Shown: piece after piece, positions 27,320 to 35,499 of the stretch | Layout: each line of letters opens with the position of its first letter | Numbering within the stretch: position 1 is the stretch's first letter | Source: Candidatus Shapirobacteria bacterium | GTDB taxonomy: Bacteria; Patescibacteriota; Microgenomatia; UBA12405 | NCBI GenBank assembly: GCA_003250375.1 | Contig: QKGR01000026.1 | Location: forward strand, 1-57,974 | Length of the DNA: 57,974 bases | Reading direction: 5' to 3' | Made by a program: the position numbers and the translations under genes | Notes under the pieces: generated by a model | What the model saw: only the letters and a program-made list of their open reading frames with translations | Told to the model about the DNA's origin: nothing | The model's database searches: none

Positions 27320-28939
27320 TTAATTTGACTCTGGTTGTTGCGGTGCTTTGGTAAGCCCAGCTTTGCTGGCTGCCCACCCAAAGCCTGTACCGACAGCACC
27401 TTGAATACCTTTATCAGCTGCAGCTTTGGAGTTCTTATACAAACCTCCAATTACAGGGATATTTTCAAGCATAACTGATTTACCAATAGCAGAACCCCAT
27501 GGAGATGGTTTGAGGGAGAAGATGACCTGAGGAATCATTTCGGGTAATTTTGATAGAAGAATGAAGGAGCCAATGCCGAAAAGGGCGGCGATGAGACGGC
27601 CACCAAAAGCGGCACCAGCAACACCCATAATGGATGGAGTCCAGAGACCACCGCCTTGGATTCGTTCCATAATAACATTGGAAAATACTAGGAAAATAAG
27701 GACAAAAGGGAAGACGGCTAAGTTGGCAATGAGATCCCAAATCCAATTTGAAAAACCAGCTTTGGAACCCGGAAAGGCACCCATGCCAATTTCGAAAGGA
27801 GCAAGAATGACTTTGAGAAGAACATTGATGTAGACAGAAATTAGACTGAAAAGAAAACCGATTAATTTGATAAGGACTACAACACCGATAATAAGTAGCA
27901 TAAGGGCGGTGAATCCACCCCCACCAATGAGTAATCCTGCACCGGCAGTGATTGGAGAGCCGAAACCTCCACTAAAGAAGAACCCGGCAATACCACCAAT
28001 AATAAAACTGAGTAGGGCGATGAAAGTGGTAGGAACAAGTCTGGAAGTAAGATCGAAGGTTTGAAGAAAACCGTTATTTTGAACTAAATCTGAGAGATTG
28101 TAGGCTGTGTAGGATCCGCCAAAAAGACCACTAAGAGCAGACATAAGACTTTGTCCAAGTCCTGGTTGGATAATACTATCGGCTGATCCAACACCAAGAG
28201 CTGAGAACATAGCACTGATGGCGACACCCTGGATGATGTAGCTGAGATCGATGAGAAGGCCAGCTATGGCATAGGAGAAGCTAACAAGAATAAGAGTGGT
28301 GATAACTTGGGGAATGGCTGCCTGAATGGTGATGACAGCTTGAGGAGAGATTTTGACACGAAGGACAACCATGAGACCGATGATGATAATGACAATGGAA
28401 GACAAAAGATAGACGACATTACGGAAACCTCGCCAAACGGGAAGGAGTGGTTGGAGACCGGTGAATCCGGCACCTTGGGCATAGGCAGGCTTACCAAGAA
28501 AATTATCGAAAGATGAGGCGATATATTCAACACCAGAGGCTGGTTTTTGGTAGAGATAGCCGATCATTTGAGTGGTACCACCAATGGCACCACCAGGGAC
28601 CCAGTTGAGGGTGTTGCCATTGTCGTCGATGAAATTTCCATTGAGAAGATCGTCGGCTTGACCTTTGATGTTCCAAATTAAATCAACAAGAGAGGTGAGA
28701 AAGTCGTTTTGAAGGGAACCGTCGTTGAAAAGAGTGCGGTTGGGGGAGGCAGTGCCGAGAGTGGCGGTTTTGTAGTTGAGTAGGGCGGAAGCAGTTTGAG
28801 TTTGGGCAAGAACAGCACGAGAAAAGTTGACAAGAGTGAGGATGGTAAGAATGAGAACAGCGAATTTGAAGAATTTCGGTTTGGAGATTATTGTTTGATC
28901 TTTACGGTTAAGTTGGTGGAGGAAATTCTTGATGGACAT
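27320..28939 (-). CDS. polytopic membrane protein, VirB6/TrbL-like (tentative)
   Basis: N-terminal signal/TM, a ~110-aa exported segment, then >=7 Gly-rich TMs. Adjacent to the pilin-like gene array. ATG 28939 is preferred over 28957 (TGATAAAAT lies 8 nt upstream). Confidence 0.45.
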   Translation of the reverse strand: MSIKNFLHQLNRKDQTIISKPKFFKFAVLILTILTLVNFSRAVLAQTQTASALLNYKTATLGTASPNRTLFNDGSLQNDFLTSLVDLIWNIKGQADDLLNGNFIDDNGNTLNWVPGGAIGGTTQMIGYLYQKPASGVEYIASSFDNFLGKPAYAQGAGFTGLQPLLPVWRGFRNVVYLLSSIVIIIIGLMVVLRVKISPQAVITIQAAIPQVITTLILVSFSYAIAGLLIDLSYIIQGVAISAMFSALGVGSADSIIQPGLGQSLMSALSGLFGGSYTAYNLSDLVQNNGFLQTFDLTSRLVPTTFIALLSFIIGGIAGFFFSGGFGSPITAGAGLLIGGGGFTALMLLIIGVVVLIKLIGFLFSLISVYINVLLKVILAPFEIGMGAFPGSKAGFSNWIWDLIANLAVFPFVLIFLVFSNVIMERIQGGGLWTPSIMGVAGAAFGGRLIAALFGIGSFILLSKLPEMIPQVIFSLKPSPWGSAIGKSVMLENIPVIGGLYKNSKAAADKGIQGAVGTGFGWAASKAGLTKAPQQPESN

Positions 28940-28947
28940 GATAGGTA

Positions 28948-28956
28948 ATTTTATCA
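28948..28956 (-). promoter_or_regulatory. extended -10 box TGATAAAAT (minus strand), 8 nt before ATG 28939
   Basis: Read on the reverse complement. Confidence 0.45.
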
Positions 28957-28963
28957 TAAATTG

Positions 28964-30421
28964 TTATTGGCAGATGCCTAGCTGTTGCTGTTGTTCGATG
29001 GTGTAGAAATAGCATTTGAAGAGGTTGTCGTAGGTGACAATGGAATCGTTGCCAGGAGAAGCAGAGATGTTTTTGTCGGAGGTGGCATTGGCTTGGAGAG
29101 AATCGAGTTGATATTTGCTTTGGTCCTCGAGAGTGGTGTAATTGCGAAGCATGGTGTTGAAACTATTGAAAACTTGTTGTTGTTTGGCGGGTTGGACTTG
29201 TTTAATGACAATAGTTTCTGAATGGGTGACAAGAGTGTCTGTAACCCAAATTTGGAGACGATTGACTAAATCTTTGACGTAGGCCATGAAACTGATAGGA
29301 TTTTTTTCGTCGATGGTTTCGTTGTCGGTGGTGTCGGCACAGGGATCGCGGGTGATGAGTTTTTGACCGGAACCGATGCGATGGCTGTAGATATTTTTGG
29401 AATTGTCGCCGTGGTTGGCGCCAAAAGGAATGGCACGTTGGATTATGGTGGGGGTGACACTACTGTCCTCTTCGATGTTGTAGACAATTAATTCTTCGTT
29501 GGTGGAACCAATAGGAGAGAGGGCTAAGTTTTTGTAGATAGTTTTGGCGTAGGAGGTGGTACCAGTACTGCCAATAAGTCCAAGGATACTGTCTGCTGGA
29601 GGACAGCGTTCTTCGCCATACTTACTGACACAACTATTGTAGGTGACATTGATGGCTGATTCGAGAGAATAGGCTTTGGTTTTGGCGGTACATTCGGCAT
29701 AGTAATCGTAAAATATGGGAGAACCTTTGAGTGAGTTGGCGATTTGGGAGAGGAAAATGTTGGTGTTGGATTTGATTTTGGAGGAACAGCGACCGCCCAG
29801 ATCGTAGGCAACAGGCATGTCGTTGCTGACATTGTCGGGGAGGGAAAGATCCTTGTAGAGAGAAAAAATAGAACCGACAAGGTGGCGACCTTTGAGGCAT
29901 TCCTGTTCTTGGAGAGTGGTGGAGCGATCGGACATGTTGAGGCCTTCGAGGAGGTTGTAGTTGGCTAATTGATTGTGAACTTCGTCGTCGGAAGCACAAA
30001 CATCGGGTTTGTTGGTGGTGTAGAGGGCAGTGTCGCGATTTTTGACGGCGAGGGCGGTGTTGGGAGCAACGCCAGTTTGAACTTGTCGAACTAAGTAGGG
30101 GTCGTAGCCGATCACCTCAGTGATGGTTTCACCGGTGTTGGGATCGACGGTGGTGGCTGTTTTTTCTTTAGGTTCGAAAGAATTGGTGATGGTGTAGCTT
30201 CGGCTACAGATGTCTTGAGTGTCGTTTTTGACAGCATTGGCATTGTTGCCAGAAAAAGTTGATTGAAGATCGCCGGCAGGGGCTGGTTGACGCTGAGAAT
30301 ATGGAGTTCTAACGGCTGGATAGACTAAAGTTGAACTTGATTGGGCTAAAATTTGGGGTGGAGTAAGGGAGTATTGAAAAAAGAGAGCGAGAAGTAAAAA
30401 AAGAAGAGGGAGCTTCCTCAT
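28964..30421 (-). CDS. secreted Cys-containing protein of unknown function
   Basis: The internal ATG 30421 gives the signal peptide MRKLPLLFLLLALFFQYSLTPPQILAQ. The track start at 30499 overlaps the upstream gene. Confidence 0.55.
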   Translation of the reverse strand: MRKLPLLFLLLALFFQYSLTPPQILAQSSSTLVYPAVRTPYSQRQPAPAGDLQSTFSGNNANAVKNDTQDICSRSYTITNSFEPKEKTATTVDPNTGETITEVIGYDPYLVRQVQTGVAPNTALAVKNRDTALYTTNKPDVCASDDEVHNQLANYNLLEGLNMSDRSTTLQEQECLKGRHLVGSIFSLYKDLSLPDNVSNDMPVAYDLGGRCSSKIKSNTNIFLSQIANSLKGSPIFYDYYAECTAKTKAYSLESAINVTYNSCVSKYGEERCPPADSILGLIGSTGTTSYAKTIYKNLALSPIGSTNEELIVYNIEEDSSVTPTIIQRAIPFGANHGDNSKNIYSHRIGSGQKLITRDPCADTTDNETIDEKNPISFMAYVKDLVNRLQIWVTDTLVTHSETIVIKQVQPAKQQQVFNSFNTMLRNYTTLEDQSKYQLDSLQANATSDKNISASPGNDSIVTYDNLFKCYFYTIEQQQQLGICQ

Positions 30422-30426
30422 TGTGT

Positions 30427-30810
30427 TTATGGGCCAGGAATAGTGAAATCGATAATGTTGACGCCGGTGAAATTGTTGATGAAGAGAATGACTAGCCAAG
30501 AAATGACGATGCCGACGAGGCCGACGATGGCCATGGTAAGGGTGGATGAAGCGGCGGCAACTTTCTTTTGATCGTTGCTAGAAAAAAGATAATTGAAACC
30601 GCCAATGATAAACATAATGAAAAAAGCGAGACCAGCGGCATAGGAGATAATCTGGAGAAGATTATAGAAAAGACATTCGAGTCCTTGGATGGTGGCGACG
30701 TCGGTGTTGGCGACACAACGGCCGGTCCAAGCGGTTTGGGCAAAGGATGTTTTGGGGAAAGTGAGGGAAATGAGGGATAGGACAGGTAATAATTTAAGGC
30801 GTTTTAACAT
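30427..30810 (-). CDS. VirB2/TrbC-like T4SS mini-pilin paralogue 1
   Basis: Signal peptide, two TMs, and a shared loop motif GGFNYLFSSNDQKKVAAA. Confidence 0.6.
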   Translation of the reverse strand: MLKRLKLLPVLSLISLTFPKTSFAQTAWTGRCVANTDVATIQGLECLFYNLLQIISYAAGLAFFIMFIIGGFNYLFSSNDQKKVAAASSTLTMAIVGLVGIVISWLVILFINNFTGVNIIDFTIPGP

Positions 30811-30815
30811 GGCAT

Positions 30816-30824
30816 ATTATAGCA
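30816..30824 (-). promoter_or_regulatory. extended -10 box TGCTATAAT (minus strand), 5 nt before ATG 30810
   Basis: Read on the reverse complement. Confidence 0.55.
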
Positions 30825-30828
30825 AAAG

Positions 30829-30852
30829 TTGATCAGATAATCAGTTTGTCAG
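30829..30852. repeat. TCAG-type microrepeat (TTGATCAG ATAATCAG TTTGTCAG)
   Basis: Read directly. Confidence 0.8.
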
Positions 30853-30866
30853 ATAAAAGAAATATG

Positions 30867-30912
30867 AAACCCACCCGCCCTACGGGCACCCTCCCTTGAA
30901 AAAGGAGGGTGG
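30867..30912. repeat. family D element (AAACCCACCCGCCCTACGGGCACCCTCCCTTGAAAAAGGAGGGTGG)
   Basis: Second copy at 52575-52619. Confidence 0.85.
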
Positions 30913-30949
30913 ATGTGAAATATAAAAGGGGAAACTGAGAAAAATTGAA

Positions 30950-30987
30950 GAAACAAAAAAATCCCCCAGGTTGCCCTAGGGGATTTT
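30950..30987 (-). terminator. rho-independent terminator after pilin paralogue 2
   Basis: 8-bp stem AAATCCCC/GGGGATTT plus 3 inner pairs, followed on the minus strand by TTTTTTTGTTT. Confidence 0.55.
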
Positions 30988-30999
30988 GATTGACGAAAA

Positions 31000-31383
31000 T
31001 TAGGCTCCAGTTTGAACTGAGGGAATAGTGAGATTGAGAATGTTGATGCCGAAGACGAGTTCGATGAGCTTAACGATGGCCCAAGCAGCAAAGACAATGG
31101 CCAAACCAATGAGAGCATTGGTAATTTGATTGCGAGCAGCTTCGACATTCTTTTGATCGCCACCAGACATGACCCATTTGAGTCCGCCCCAGACGAGCAT
31201 GAAGAAGAAAACTAAAGCAACGATTAACATGACTAAGGAAATGGCTCCAGAGACTAAGCTAGCAGGAGTGATGTTGGTGAGACCTTCAAATTCACCATTG
31301 GGAGAGAGGTTGAGCTCTCTTTGAGCTAGTGCAGGAACTGCTAAGGCTGCCATTTGGACTTTGTGGGACAGTTTTTTGAACAT
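31000..31383 (-). CDS. VirB2/TrbC-like T4SS mini-pilin paralogue 2
   Basis: Two TMs, with loop WGGLKWVMSGGDQKNVEAA. Confidence 0.6.
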   Translation of the reverse strand: MFKKLSHKVQMAALAVPALAQRELNLSPNGEFEGLTNITPASLVSGAISLVMLIVALVFFFMLVWGGLKWVMSGGDQKNVEAARNQITNALIGLAIVFAAWAIVKLIELVFGINILNLTIPSVQTGA

Positions 31384-31443
31384 TTTGTCTATGTGTTGAT
31401 AAATTTTTAATATAACGGTATTTTAACAGGATTATTGTTATTT

Positions 31444-31806
31444 TTAAAGTGTGAGAGAAGGAAGACTAATTTGGAGATTGGCAAGGTTGTCGAGACCGAA
31501 AGCTAAACCAAGTAATTTGAGAATGGCAAAGATGGAGAAAACAACAACAACTCCGAGAACGGCGTTGGTGAGAGAATTGCGACCTTCTTCGAGCTTCTTG
31601 GCATCACCCTGGGAGGTGATAATACGAATACCACCGTTGATGAAATGATAAACGAAGAAAATTACCGCAATAATGATGAACCAATTGAAGAAAGTTTGGA
31701 CTAAATTTTGAGTGGTAGTAATAGGGTCGGGGTTGCTGGTGCAATTGGGATTAAAAAGAGTATTGCAGACTTCGGCGTAAACTGGTTTGACTAGTTGAAA
31801 ATTCAT
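31444..31806 (-). CDS. VirB2/TrbC-like T4SS mini-pilin paralogue 3
   Basis: Two TMs, with loop INGGIRIITSQGDAKKLEEG. Confidence 0.6.
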   Translation of the reverse strand: MNFQLVKPVYAEVCNTLFNPNCTSNPDPITTTQNLVQTFFNWFIIIAVIFFVYHFINGGIRIITSQGDAKKLEEGRNSLTNAVLGVVVVFSIFAILKLLGLAFGLDNLANLQISLPSLTL

Positions 31807-31812
31807 GTTGAT

Positions 31813-32172
31813 TTAGAGACCTAAGCTGGTGAAGAATCCGTTGAGATCGAGGATGCTTTGAATGCCAGCAAGTCGGCCGAGTAAATTGGTAAGTGTGACA
31901 GCAACAACAACGACGACAATACCGAGAATGCCGTTGGTAATTCTGGTTTTGGCAGCATCGAGACGTTTGGGATCGCCTTGGGAAGAAATGAATTCATAGC
32001 CAGCAAAGATAATTTGGATGGCAAAAAAGATGAAAGCTACGACAGAAAGAACACCAATGACAACACTAATTATTCGTTCCATGGTGACGACTGGAGTGCC
32101 GGTAGGGTCGACACCTGGACCAGTGAGTTGGTAGGTGGCGGCTTGAGCGTAAAGTGTATGAATGAGACTCAT
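31813..32172 (-). CDS. VirB2/TrbC-like T4SS mini-pilin paralogue 4
   Basis: The in-frame ATG 32172 (MSLIHTLYAQAA..) avoids overlap with paralogue 5. Loop FAGYEFISSQGDPKRLDAA. Confidence 0.6.
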   Translation of the reverse strand: MSLIHTLYAQAATYQLTGPGVDPTGTPVVTMERIISVVIGVLSVVAFIFFAIQIIFAGYEFISSQGDPKRLDAAKTRITNGILGIVVVVVAVTLTNLLGRLAGIQSILDLNGFFTSLGL

Positions 32173-32174
32173 AG

Positions 32175-32501
32175 TTAGTTGATAGTAGGATTGAGAATAT
32201 TTAAACCTGTAAGTCGACCGACAACGGCAGCAATGGTGAAGGCAGAGGCGATAATGACTAAACCAAGAATAGCCTGCCAAATTTTTGTCCAGGCTTGTTC
32301 GGTCTTTTTGACGTCGCCGTTGGCGGAAATGTACATGTAGCCAGCGAGGACAAACTGAACGACCATGACAATGCCAGCGATGACAGCGGCAAATTTGAGA
32401 ACATTGCTAAGAAAGAGAAATAAGCCCTGGCCTTGAGTACCAGCAGTGGTGTACTTGCTTAATTGTGTTGGTGCTTGGATGTTGCCGAATATGCCAGCCA
32501 T
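32175..32501 (-). CDS. VirB2/TrbC-like T4SS mini-pilin paralogue 5
   Basis: Two TMs, with loop LAGYMYISANGDVKKTEQA. Confidence 0.6.
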   Translation of the reverse strand: MAGIFGNIQAPTQLSKYTTAGTQGQGLFLFLSNVLKFAAVIAGIVMVVQFVLAGYMYISANGDVKKTEQAWTKIWQAILGLVIIASAFTIAAVVGRLTGLNILNPTIN

Positions 32502-32544
32502 AAATTCAATTTTTAATTTTCAATTTATAATTTTAAATTAGTTT

Positions 32545-32877
32545 CTAAATACCGGAATTGAGAATTCTCATGCCGGTGATGACTTCGACTATCTGAATAA
32601 TAAAGAAAGCTAAGAAAACAACAGCGAAGCCAATTAGAGCGTCGGTAATGATGGCTTGTGCCTGTGCGGACTTTTTGGGGTCGCCACTACCTGCGGAAAT
32701 TATATAGTTAACTCCGCCAAAAATCAAAAGGACAACCAAAAGAACACTAATGACAGCAAAGGAGTTGCGGAGGATGGAGGAGACGAGGACGGAGGCATCG
32801 GAATAGGCGCCGGAGAGATTGACACCATTGGCAATGGGGGTGTCGGAACCGATGTTGACTGCGAGCAGCGATTTCAT
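32545..32877 (-). CDS. VirB2/TrbC-like T4SS mini-pilin paralogue 6
   Basis: Two TMs, with loop FGGVNYIISAGSGDPKKSAQA. TAGAAT (32885-32890, minus strand) lies 7 nt before the ATG. Confidence 0.6.
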   Translation of the reverse strand: MKSLLAVNIGSDTPIANGVNLSGAYSDASVLVSSILRNSFAVISVLLVVLLIFGGVNYIISAGSGDPKKSAQAQAIITDALIGFAVVFLAFFIIQIVEVITGMRILNSGI

Positions 32878-33015
32878 TGCCTTTATTCTATAATATAAAC
32901 AGAGATTTTTAAATATTGCAGTTGGAAGTAAAATCTTGGATTTTTGGGCTTTATCTGTTATTATACGCCGAGGTCAAAATTTAATATTTAATAAGTTATA
33001 AATTTACCCTATTCT

Positions 33016-33957
33016 ATGAGAAAATATTTAATAGTACTGATGGTAAGTTTGATGTTTGTGGTGGGCGGAAAAAGAGAGGTTTTGGGGGTGGTGGAGCCTG
33101 TGGCTTCCGAAAGTGCGGTTGAAGCAACGATGGCAGCAACAATTGAGCCAACAGCAACTGTGGTTCCAGTGAAAGAAAATATTACTGAACCTGGTGAGAA
33201 AAATGTGAGTTATAGATTGGAGTCGGTACTAGATAGCCAGGAAGTGGGAAAATGGAATGGGTTGAATTCTTTGAAGTGGTTAGTGAGACTAGCGGTGAGC
33301 AGAGGGGTGGCAGCTAATACTATAGTATTGTTGCTTTTGTTGCCAATGGTGGCAACGATTGTGTCGGTGCTGCATTATGTGTTTGGGGTGACTGGATACG
33401 GAATTTTTACCCCAACAATGGTGGCAATTACTTTTTTGGCAACGGGAATTTTTGGAGGATTGGCTTTGTTTGCAATGATTTTGGGAATTTCGATTGTGGC
33501 TAATATGTTTTTGAAGAAGCTGAAATTGCATTTTTGGCCAGCCAGGTCGATGGGTCTGGTATTTATTTCAATAGGAGCTTTCTTGTTGATGATTTTGTCG
33601 TCTTATTTTGAGCTAATTAATTTGTCGAAGGTGTCGATTTTCCCGGTTCTCCTGATGATTTTGTTGGCAGAAGATTTTGTGAGAACCCAGCTAGTGAAGA
33701 GTAAAAGTGAGGCAAAAAAGCTAACGATTGGGACCCTAATTTTGTCGATGGTGGGTGCTTTGGGGATGTCGGTGAGAGTGGTACAAGAATCGGTGATACT
33801 GCACCCAGAGATTGTGATTGTGGCAGTACTGGTAATTAATTTGTGGGTAGGAAGCTACAGTGGGATAAGATTGACTGAAATTGGTAGATTTAAAGAAGCA
33901 GTTAGAGTGAAGAACAAGAAGCAAGATTCAAGATTCAGGATTCAGGATAAAAAATAA
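33016..33957 (+). CDS. 7-TM membrane protein (7TM_transglut-like, without transglutaminase domain; tentative)
   Basis: 313 aa: signal-like N-terminus, a ~90-aa exported part, then 7 hydrophobic helices. First gene of the ATP-grasp cluster. Confidence 0.45.
   Translation: MRKYLIVLMVSLMFVVGGKREVLGVVEPVASESAVEATMAATIEPTATVVPVKENITEPGEKNVSYRLESVLDSQEVGKWNGLNSLKWLVRLAVSRGVAANTIVLLLLLPMVATIVSVLHYVFGVTGYGIFTPTMVAITFLATGIFGGLALFAMILGISIVANMFLKKLKLHFWPARSMGLVFISIGAFLLMILSSYFELINLSKVSIFPVLLMILLAEDFVRTQLVKSKSEAKKLTIGTLILSMVGALGMSVRVVQESVILHPEIVIVAVLVINLWVGSYSGIRLTEIGRFKEAVRVKNKKQDSRFRIQDKK
33925..33947. repeat. 7-nt microrepeat inside CDS 3' end (GATTCAA GATTCAG GATTCAG GA)
   Basis: Translated as DSRFRIQD. 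Confidence 0.75.
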
Positions 33958-33975
33958 GATACAAAATATAGAATT

Positions 33976-35361
33976 ATGCTAAAGAATTTAATAAAGACAA
34001 TTAAGAAGGTGGGGGAACTAAAACAGTATAGGAAGTTCTTAACGAAGAATGAAAGAAACAAAATGTACTTGAGGAAGAATTCGGCGAGCGGAAGATCGTT
34101 GGCGGATTCTAAATTTAAGACTAAATTGAAATTGGCTAAGGCTGGAGTAGGAGTACCAAAGCTATTAGCAAGATTTAGAACAGAGGAAGATGTAGAAAAA
34201 TTTGAGTGGAATAAGCTTGAGGGAAATTTCGTGATTAAACCGGTGTCGGGATATGGTGGTGATGGAATTATTATTATTAGGAAAAGAGGTAAGTGGGCTG
34301 GAGATTGGGTGAAGATGGATGGGGAGACGGTGAGTACTCAGGATATACAGGCACATTGTATGGAGATTCTGGCGGGAAAATATAGCTTATATGGAATGCC
34401 GGATAGCGTGCTAGTGGAAGAAAGAATTAAGATTCATCCGATGTTTTTGTCGATTACGAAGGCGGGGACGCCTGATATTAGGGTGATTGTATATAATAGT
34501 GTGCCAGTGATGGCAATGTTTAGAATTCCGACGGAAAAATCGGGAGGTAAGGCTAATTTGCAGCAGGGAGCTTATGGACTGGGAATTGATTTGGCAACTG
34601 GAATTACGACTTTTGGGACAGAGGGTAAGAGTGAGACGGTGACAAAGATATATGATTTTGGAAAAAAGAAAATGCGAAAGGTGAATGGAATTAAGATTCC
34701 GTTTTGGAAAGAAGTGTTGGAGACGGCAATTAAGTGCCAGAAAGCGATTGGGGGGTTGGGATTTTTGGGAGTAGATATTGTACTTGATAAGGATAAGGGT
34801 CCGGTAGTGCTAGAAGTGAATGCGAGACCAGGCTTATCGATTCAAATTTGTAATAAGGCTGGGTTGAAAGCAAGAATGGAAAAGGTGGAAGATATGGAGG
34901 TGAGATCGGTGGAACATGGAGTGACCTTGGCTAAATATTTGTTTGGAGAGAGTTTTTTTGAAAAGGTGGAAGCTAAAGAAAAGACTCAAGTGGTGAAGCC
35001 ACTAGAGCAAATTAAAATAAAACTAGGTCCCGACTTCGCCAAGGCTTCGACGGGTAAAAAAGGGAAACATTGGGTGAAGGAAATTAGGGCCAAGGTGGAT
35101 ACTGGGGCATTTAGGAGTTCGATTGACAAGAGTTTTGCGGAATCTTTGGGATTGCTTGATGAGAGTAAAATTCTTTATTATAGACATTATAGATCGAGTT
35201 TGGGGAAGCATAGGGATAGGCCGGTGGTCGGTTTGACTTTTTGGTTGAAGGGGAAGAAGATTGTGACGGCAGTGAATGTGGCTGATAGACATAAACTGAG
35301 GACGAAGTTTTTGTTGGGAAGAAAAGATTTGGAAGGATTTTTAGTTAGTGCTAAAAAATAA
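33976..35361 (+). CDS. ATP-grasp ligase fused to C-terminal retropepsin-like (RimB / 'ATP-dependent zinc protease' PF05618-type) domain
   Basis: ATP-grasp core (FVIKPVSGYGGDGIIII.., LVEERI, VLEVNARPGL). C-terminal IRAKVDTGAFRSSID...VADRHKLRTKFLLGRKDLEGFLV matches the retropepsin-like family pattern. Confidence 0.6.
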   Translation: MLKNLIKTIKKVGELKQYRKFLTKNERNKMYLRKNSASGRSLADSKFKTKLKLAKAGVGVPKLLARFRTEEDVEKFEWNKLEGNFVIKPVSGYGGDGIIIIRKRGKWAGDWVKMDGETVSTQDIQAHCMEILAGKYSLYGMPDSVLVEERIKIHPMFLSITKAGTPDIRVIVYNSVPVMAMFRIPTEKSGGKANLQQGAYGLGIDLATGITTFGTEGKSETVTKIYDFGKKKMRKVNGIKIPFWKEVLETAIKCQKAIGGLGFLGVDIVLDKDKGPVVLEVNARPGLSIQICNKAGLKARMEKVEDMEVRSVEHGVTLAKYLFGESFFEKVEAKEKTQVVKPLEQIKIKLGPDFAKASTGKKGKHWVKEIRAKVDTGAFRSSIDKSFAESLGLLDESKILYYRHYRSSLGKHRDRPVVGLTFWLKGKKIVTAVNVADRHKLRTKFLLGRKDLEGFLVSAKK

Positions 35362-35377
35362 TATGAAAATACTGCAA

Positions 35378-35467
35378 CTTGATAATAAATTTTTCGTACT
35401 CGCTACCTTCGGGCTCGGCGTAAGCTGGCTCGCGTTCGCTGCGTGCGAAAAATTAATTATCTTCGTT
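35378..35467. repeat. family C palindromic element
   Basis: Same core as 17660-17744. Arms GATAATAAATTTTT / AAAAATTAATTATC. Confidence 0.9.
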
Positions 35468-35499
35468 GCTTTAGTTTGAATAAAAATTAACTTAATAAT

